A DNA stretch of 56,361 nt, from assembly GCA_034189385.1 (NCBI GenBank), contig JAXHVD010000027.1:1-56361 (forward strand), written 5' to 3'. How positions within the stretch are numbered: position 1 is the stretch's first letter; each line of letters begins with the position of its first letter. Source of the DNA: Thermodesulfobacteriota bacterium (GTDB lineage Bacteria; Desulfobacterota; Desulfobacteria; Desulfobacterales; C00003060). Below, piece after piece: positions 50,421-56,361 of this stretch. The position numbers were made by a program, and so were the translations under genes. The notes beneath the pieces are model-generated. The model was not told where the DNA came from, did no database searches, and saw only the letters and a program-made list of their open reading frames with translations.

Positions 50421-50917
50421 CTCAGAGATGTTCTGAGCGCACTAGTCCATAACATACATAAATATAGATAAAAAACTAGCATGCCTGCCCTCGGTCGACT
50501 CACTCTGGTATCTTTTCTTGACAGGGCATTGTTGTCCAGAACCACACATGTTTCAAAAGAGTGTTTACTGCAAGACAACACGTCGACAGGGATAGAACCT
50601 GGAAGGTTTGGGACCGGCCGGTAATGGAGGCTTTGCCAGGACGAAACATGGTGGGGCCTGATGAACAAGGCAGGGCCAGTTACCCCCCCATCAGGCTATA
50701 GACGCTGGACTTTTGTTGTTAACCTTTCCATGTTTACAATCAATACTTACGAACACTTATTTGAGTCTCTCTGGGCCTGAGATATGGCGCCTGCTCCTTG
50801 ACAAATGACCCCATCCCTTCTAAAGTGCCTTCGCTAACGAGGGAATCTCATTATTGATGACTGTAGGCGTGGCTTGCACGGGAGTTGGTCGGCTCCATTT
50901 AAGGATGGTGAGGGATA

Positions 50918-51379
50918 ATGAGAATGAGGATCATTTTGTGTCTGTGTCTTTTGACTAGCCTCTGCATTGCCTGTGATGGTGGCAGTCACGGTGATAGTAA
51001 TGTCACCCCGTCCATTGTGGGCGGGGCCTGTTACTACGTGGATATTCCAGGCATAGCAAGAATCGTATCAATCACTACCCCTGCTTCAAATGACAACAAC
51101 TGCAACAACGCCGTGGAGGTGACCTTCGATTTTACCCCAGACGATCCCGCGGCTGCTGACACCTATCTCTTCCCAAACTGGTCGGACACAGGCCAGCACC
51201 TCACCGTGGGAGATGGGAAGAATCCTCCGAAAGAGTGGGTTTTAGCGCAAGGTCTAACGCCAAGCAGCAAACATCGTTGTGTGAGATCGGAAATCACTGA
51301 CGGTGCCTGTACGCCAGTTGTTTTTTCTTTCCCGGATATTGATTTCAGCAGATGGCCAGAATTCTGTTTTGGCAGTTAG
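50918..51379 (+). CDS. Cys-rich putative lipoprotein
   Basis: LCIAC-DGGS lipobox; GGACYY, GACTPVVF. Confidence 0.75.
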   Translation: MRMRIILCLCLLTSLCIACDGGSHGDSNVTPSIVGGACYYVDIPGIARIVSITTPASNDNNCNNAVEVTFDFTPDDPAAADTYLFPNWSDTGQHLTVGDGKNPPKEWVLAQGLTPSSKHRCVRSEITDGACTPVVFSFPDIDFSRWPEFCFGS

Positions 51380-51959
51380 TATCAACCAAAATGTCACAAG
51401 GAGAGATCAATTGCCACGAGACATCCTCTGGAATCACTAACTTCCATTCTACGACACATGAGCGGCAACGTGACTGGTCTGTCTTTCTAAGAGGCCTGGG
51501 AGGTTGGATTCGTGATGCAATGGTATTTTTAAGTAAAAAGAGGCAGGGTCGTCTCAATCCAGCACCCTCTGTTCTGCCAGATTCTGTGGGCTAGTATCCC
51601 CGTGTCAGGGTGTAGCTTTGCTTGGCAAGAGATACACTCGCTGACCGGAAAATGTTATCAAATATTTGTATAAGATATGACTGACTTTGTCAGCCTCTGG
51701 ACTAGGATTCGGATCAACTGACAGGCTGGATAGGCTTTTTCAGGGGTGAGGCCGAAAAATGGGGGCTTAAACCGTTGGGGATAGTCCTGGGAAAAACACG
51801 CTTTTGAATACCACACGTTAGAAAGAAAAAATCGCTCTTGCCCGCCTAATTTCCACACAGGGTATATTTGATGATCCTATCCCCTTTTTTGATACCGAGG
51901 TACCCGGCTATAAGTAGGTCACTTGGCCTGGAGGAGATAGAACATGGGCCTGCTCACTT

Positions 51960-52307
51960 TCAGGCAGCAAAACCCTCACATGATACCCAATTTAGGTACT
52001 CTTCGTAAAGATGCTTGTCGAGTTCATGGATTCCTTCACTGTCGAACTTCAGCAGTCTCCAGGAAAGGCCTCGCTCATGCTCTATCTCCTTACAAAGACG
52101 TATCAAAGACGGAACCGCATTCTGCTCATGCTCCACAGTGCTTCGTGCAAACATCATTTCGCCGTCACTATGAATACCGCACATGATGACTTCTGCAAAG
52201 AGGCCATCGCCGGCCGGCACTTTAAAAGCCGCCACATAGAGTTCTTCGACCCGTCTCGTTCTTGGCCTACTGCCGATCGCTTTCGGTTTGTGACCCGTAG
52301 TCGACAT
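51960..52307 (-). CDS. hypothetical protein
   Basis: 115-aa ORF with a GGGGG RBS-like sequence; no family recognised. Confidence 0.4.
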   Translation of the reverse strand: MSTTGHKPKAIGSRPRTRRVEELYVAAFKVPAGDGLFAEVIMCGIHSDGEMMFARSTVEHEQNAVPSLIRLCKEIEHERGLSWRLLKFDSEGIHELDKHLYEEYLNWVSCEGFAA

Positions 52308-52591
52308 ATTTCAGGCCCCCCTACTGTTCTTTCGCAGTTAGGTTGTGGGGGAAATCCCAAGTCGGGGTCGTTGTTCTCTTTTCAAGTTTTTATTTCTTGT
52401 ACGAAGAGAAAAATTTTCGCCACTGACCCGAGACTTCCCCAGCCGACCCGAAGAGCAAGCTCCCCGTACCCTCCTGTAAAAGGAATTTGGCCGGGCTTGA
52501 TTCGGGGGTTGACTCAAATGTCAAGGTGTTAAGTCAAGTCCGTTCTATGGCATCTGACCCTGAGATACTCTTCGACAATTAAACATTTTAC

Positions 52592-52747
52592 TCAACAAGC
52601 TTGTACAGTTCTCTTGCTTTTCCTCTTGTCCCAGCGAATTCTTCGGTCTTGACCGCTTCGTCTTTCTGGTATGTAGCGGGCGTAAGAAAACTTTCTTCGC
52701 TCAAACCCGGAACGTCTTCCTCCGTTATCTTGAAGTATAAATCTCAT
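52592..52747 (-). CDS. small Arg-rich protein (DNGGRRSGxERR family)
   Basis: GGAG RBS; DNGGRRSGFERRKFSY..YIPERRSGQDRR, recalled as a small Desulfobacterales protein. Confidence 0.7.
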   Translation of the reverse strand: MRFILQDNGGRRSGFERRKFSYARYIPERRSGQDRRIRWDKRKSKRTVQAC

Positions 52748-52775
52748 TTGATTCGCTCCAAGAGGCGGTGGGATA

Positions 52776-53096
52776 TCAAAGGTGTGTGAACTCAATCGGG
52801 ATAGCCTTGGCAATGCCAGCCACACCCAAAAACAATGTCACTGCACATGCGAACACCAAAAGCATTTTCATTATGATTCTTCCATGTGTAGGCCTGCAAG
52901 TCCGCACCGCAACTATCGTAAACGAGACAAACCAACTGTAGATGAGAATTTCGTAATATCTACATACTGATAGAGAAAATCTCTTGTTCATCCCCCTTTC
53001 TATCAAGCGGCAATACACATGGAGCGGGTTGAAACGGTGCTGAATGTTCAAGATTTTGTCCTGCAATGTATCTTGTCCTTGATTAGAGTCAAACAA
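52776..53096 (-). CDS. small hypothetical protein (HRFNPLHVYCRL) running into a signal-peptide remnant
   Basis: QHRFNPLHVYCRL...CRYYEILIY; last 31 aa resemble a PEP-CTERM protein N-terminus. Confidence 0.55.
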   Translation of the reverse strand: MFDSNQGQDTLQDKILNIQHRFNPLHVYCRLIERGMNKRFSLSVCRYYEILIYSWFVSFTIVAVRTCRPTHGRIIMKMLLVFACAVTLFLGVAGIAKAIPIEFTHL

Positions 53097-53484
53097 TGGC
53101 GATCAATTGCTGATTCGAGGCCTTTCATGGCAAAGGCCATAAAAAGTCAACTTAATTTCAACGCCTGTTCAGTTTCCATCTATTTCGCGGACTATTCGGA
53201 GATATACCTCAGTCTAAGAGGATAGCTGGGGCTAGTCAATACAGGCTAATACCGATTTGAGGGCAGAAAACTCCCATTTTTCAATGGGGTTTTTTCGTAT
53301 CAAGGAGTGGACAGATAGAGGGTTTATCCAAGAATCACGGGAAAACTACGGGCTTTTCCGGTGGACTCCCAGAGTTTGAAATTTGCTCCGCTGACAGCGA
53401 CTATTCAGAATCGGGTAGGTCTTATGGTTGTGCAACTGAGTGGGGTACTGGCGGGTGCCGTTTCAGAGATCGGTCCCTGCCCTA

Positions 53485-54069
53485 CTATTTCCTGAGAAGC
53501 TTCTTCCTACCAAGGCCTGCCAGGCCCACCAGGCCCACCAGGCCGGTGCCCATCAGAAGTATGGTGGCCGGTTCGGGTACGGGGGTGTTGTATGTAATGG
53601 TTAGATCTGATTGATTGATTGCAAAATCTCCCCATAGCGAGGCAAGTGTGATGGTGAACATGCCATCAATGAGATAAGATGCTGTGACATTGTAGCTATA
53701 GGTGCCTGTATCTACTCCCCCAATGTCCCAAGAGCCATCCTCCGCCCCGCCGATGCCAAATTCCCATGTTCGAGGCGGCCATGTGTCGGGCTCATCATCT
53801 TCGAGCCAAAGCGTGAGTTCTCCACTCAAGACCTCGCCTACCGGTGGCGAAAAATCAAAGTGGTGGGTCCACGTCACGAAGTCAGCAATATGTTCAAGTT
53901 TGTTTACATAATCACCATCGTAATCAACCAGATCCACGTTGGGATCTGTGCCGTCATCGTAGAACATCGTGGTGTCAGTGAAGGTTATGGGAAGGGGACC
54001 TGCCCCCCCAGGTCCGGCTATCCCAAAAACCAATATCACTGCGCCGAAAAAAACAAGAAACTGTTTCAT
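53485..54069 (-). CDS. PEP-CTERM sorting-domain protein
   Basis: Signal peptide; PVPEPATILLMGTGLVGLVG...RKKLLRK. Confidence 0.95.
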   Translation of the reverse strand: MKQFLVFFGAVILVFGIAGPGGAGPLPITFTDTTMFYDDGTDPNVDLVDYDGDYVNKLEHIADFVTWTHHFDFSPPVGEVLSGELTLWLEDDEPDTWPPRTWEFGIGGAEDGSWDIGGVDTGTYSYNVTASYLIDGMFTITLASLWGDFAINQSDLTITYNTPVPEPATILLMGTGLVGLVGLAGLGRKKLLRK

Positions 54070-54543
54070 TTTACTTCTTCTTTTGCTTTAGTTTAAGCGT
54101 TCATAATTATCTTTTTTATCTTAGTGCACAATAAACGACGGAGTCAATCATGGTAATTGACTATTTTTCCTTAAAAAAACCATCTTTTTCTTGGGGAGAT
54201 TACTTAGTCCGGGAAGGGGAGAGCACTTATGGACAGAAACGGGTTTGGTTGGTGGGTTGCCAGGGGCCCACGTGACCCCGAAACCGAACAAACCTTGTCC
54301 CCACGCACGTGGATTCAGACGGTTGAGCTTCTCAGATAAAGTACTGCCACAGGGGATGTCAATAGGAAGGAATAAGGGGGCCCAAGAGAGGCACAGAGCA
54401 GAAAGATTGCCACTGAATATGACCAAAATATCGGGCTTTCAATCGGTTGACTCCATTCACCAAGCTGAAGCCCACTCGGCATGTTTTTAGAGCGACAAAA
54501 GATATTGTTAGTACTAAAATGATGGTCCGAAGGGGGGCACACC

Positions 54544-54936
54544 ATGATGGAAAGACATTGTGAAGAGATGGGAATCGTTTTCCAGAATGATGCCGAAGCG
54601 GTGTCCTTCGTCGCAGGATTGTTCGACATTTCAGAATTCAGACTCTTTGAGATTGCCTACGTAAATTGGTTTGGCAGTGAAGCCACAAAAAAAGCCATGG
54701 ACCGTTTTTTTGGCAGCTATCTCAAAACTGGGTTCGTACCGTTTTGGTTGCGGGACATGGTGCGAAGGATCATCAGTAAACACCGAAAAGGAAATCTAAC
54801 TCCCAGTGAATTTGGCATTAATCGTCCATGTGTAAGCCGCTTTGAAAGGAGACTCGGATGGATTTTGGTCGGCCTTTTCAGTGTTCTTGTCTTTGCCATT
54901 GTATGGGTTTCCGCAAAGTATAAGCCAACTTGGTAG
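54544..54936 (+). CDS. hypothetical membrane protein
   Basis: SEFRLFEIAY..WFG, VPFWLR, C-terminal TM. Confidence 0.7.
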   Translation: MMERHCEEMGIVFQNDAEAVSFVAGLFDISEFRLFEIAYVNWFGSEATKKAMDRFFGSYLKTGFVPFWLRDMVRRIISKHRKGNLTPSEFGINRPCVSRFERRLGWILVGLFSVLVFAIVWVSAKYKPTW

Positions 54937-55164
54937 TTATGATACTCACCAGTAGAGACGCTTCAGAATGGAAAGCGCCCGTCCTATATTTTTCCAGAAT
55001 GCCAGAAACTTAGGCTTTCCAAATAGGTGTGTATTATAGAAGCAATATTGAACATTCGCCGACACTTAATTGGGTAGGTGTGATCTAATGGCAGGCGCGG
55101 TCTATATGTTATACCAACTTTGGGATGTAATGCTTCGGTTTACGTGCCGGCGCAGCAGGGTGGC

Positions 55165-55552
55165 ATGGAACCGGATCTTGAAAACCCCTGCAGTACCCCC
55201 ATGCTCAGAAAGCTCTTCCAACGGGCGAAGTTCCCACCTTGTAGCATCCTGGAAAAGGAGACTGTAGACGAGATCATTTTCAGGACCTTGAAACCGCGGA
55301 ACCGGCTCATGCTAGATGATGGCCCGCGGTGGCATGAGGATCAGCGAGGTGCTCAACCTCAGACCCGAGGATGTGGATGGTCGCAAGCTGATTTTGAGAG
55401 ACCCGAAAAGCGGCAGAGAGGCTGAAGTGGTCTTTATCCCACACAAGGTTGCTGACAGGATCATAGACTACATCGAGCAAAAGGCATTTATCTCTGCTCC
55501 GGAAAGCTTTGTTCGCAGCACAACATGTAGGCACAAAAAAGGCAGGCTATGA
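55165..55552 (+). pseudogene. fragmented tyrosine recombinase/integrase
   Basis: NPCSTPMLRKLF...EKETVDEIIFRT..RNRLML, frameshift near 55315, then MARGGMRISEVLNL...PKSG...VFIP; lacks the N-terminus and the HxxR/Y region. Confidence 0.8.
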
Positions 55553-55586
55553 GACCTGCCCGATGCCCTTTGAATCTCCGATAGCG

Positions 55587-56361
55587 TTACTTCTTGAACC
55601 TCTTCCTGAGGTGTAATACTGCTAGACCGAGTAGGCCCGTGCCCATGAGTAGGGTGGTTCCGGGTTCGGGCACTGGATTGGTTGACCTCATGAGGAAGAC
55701 CTGCCTTTCCCCGTTGTACCGACCATACCCTATGATATCACCCATATCATTAATATCAAGTCCGGCTGTGAGATTCCATCCAGATTCAGGCGAAATCAGC
55801 TCATTTAGGGACACCATTCCAAGTACTGCGTCCCAATAAAAGGCCTCATCATCAAAATCGGCATTCCAACTCATGCCGACAATCTGACCATTGTTGTTTA
55901 TGGCCTCTGCTACGCTAAACGGCCCTAAATAGCCTGCTAGATTGCCGAGCCATCTCATTCCATCTTCTTCTGTCCAGATAAAAGCCTGGCCTTCATCCAA
56001 CCAGTGATCTACATCGCACGTGCCCACAATGTGGCCGTTGTTGTTGATGTCAGTGATATGGAGGTCGTCTCCATACAAAGTGGAAAGGTGTTCAACAGTG
56101 CCGTCCATTTTATGAAGGAAAACATCCTCTCCAGACTCGGTCACGTATTCCCCATAATCGTTTGTACCAACACTATACCAACCAGGGAGTTCATCGATTG
56201 TTTCTATCGTATACATGAGGGCAGCCACAGTCGATGTTCGGTAAGCGTCTAGTGAACCGCTCCTAGGGGGGCCTGGAGATACTGGCCGCGGTCGAGATAC
56301 TGAGGCAGCAAGGATTTGAATTCGTCCTCATTGGTAGCAGTAGGCAGGTGGTCAAAGAGGA
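55587..56361 (-). CDS. PEP-CTERM protein with HAF-like extracellular repeats; 5' end beyond the window
   Basis: INNNGHIVG, INNNGQIVG and INDMGDIIG repeats; PVPEPGTTLLMGTGLLGL...RKRFKK; frame stays open from 56228 to the window end. Confidence 0.9.

Noticed and set aside
52526..52594. TGA read-through of the Arg-rich ORF giving C-U-V-K-C
   Set aside because: The nearest hairpin is weak and farther downstream, and the recognisable family motif ends before this point; likely chance.

Overview
Bacterial chromosome segment. Gene content (HdrD/GlpC-type Fe-S oxidoreductase, MglA/MglB cluster, PEP-CTERM proteins, several small conserved hypotheticals) points to a sulfate-reducer-type Desulfobacterota (Deltaproteobacteria); this is an inference. 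Core genes are uvrC, cysS-uvrB, murI-recR-ybaB-dnaX, tRNA-Ser(GGA), ihfA-like, fbp, coaBC, family-4 UDG and nfeD/slipin, interleaved with accessory surface-protein genes. Highlights the ORF track misses: (1) a selenium-linked locus at 1-4416. It holds a DUF3343 putative Se/S-carrier gene, an Fe-S Rrf2 regulator and two genes split by in-frame TGA codons, each followed by a SECIS-like hairpin: a CCG-domain oxidoreductase (PE-U-GH) and an apparently unusual signal-peptide plus beta-barrel protein with U-G-C at its mature N-terminus. (2) A sigma54-preceded double-glycine-leader peptide at about 50.1-50.3 kb whose TGA may also be Sec (U-G-S-C-N plus a hairpin). (3) A stand-alone secreted protein (4924-5787) that, from memory, resembles the archaeal Methanospirillum-type sheath protein family. 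(4) A cohesin/dockerin-like surface-protein cluster at 29.8-39.1 kb. (5) A decaying accessory region at 46-56 kb with PEP-CTERM genes and gene remnants. All family calls are by eye; no searches were run.
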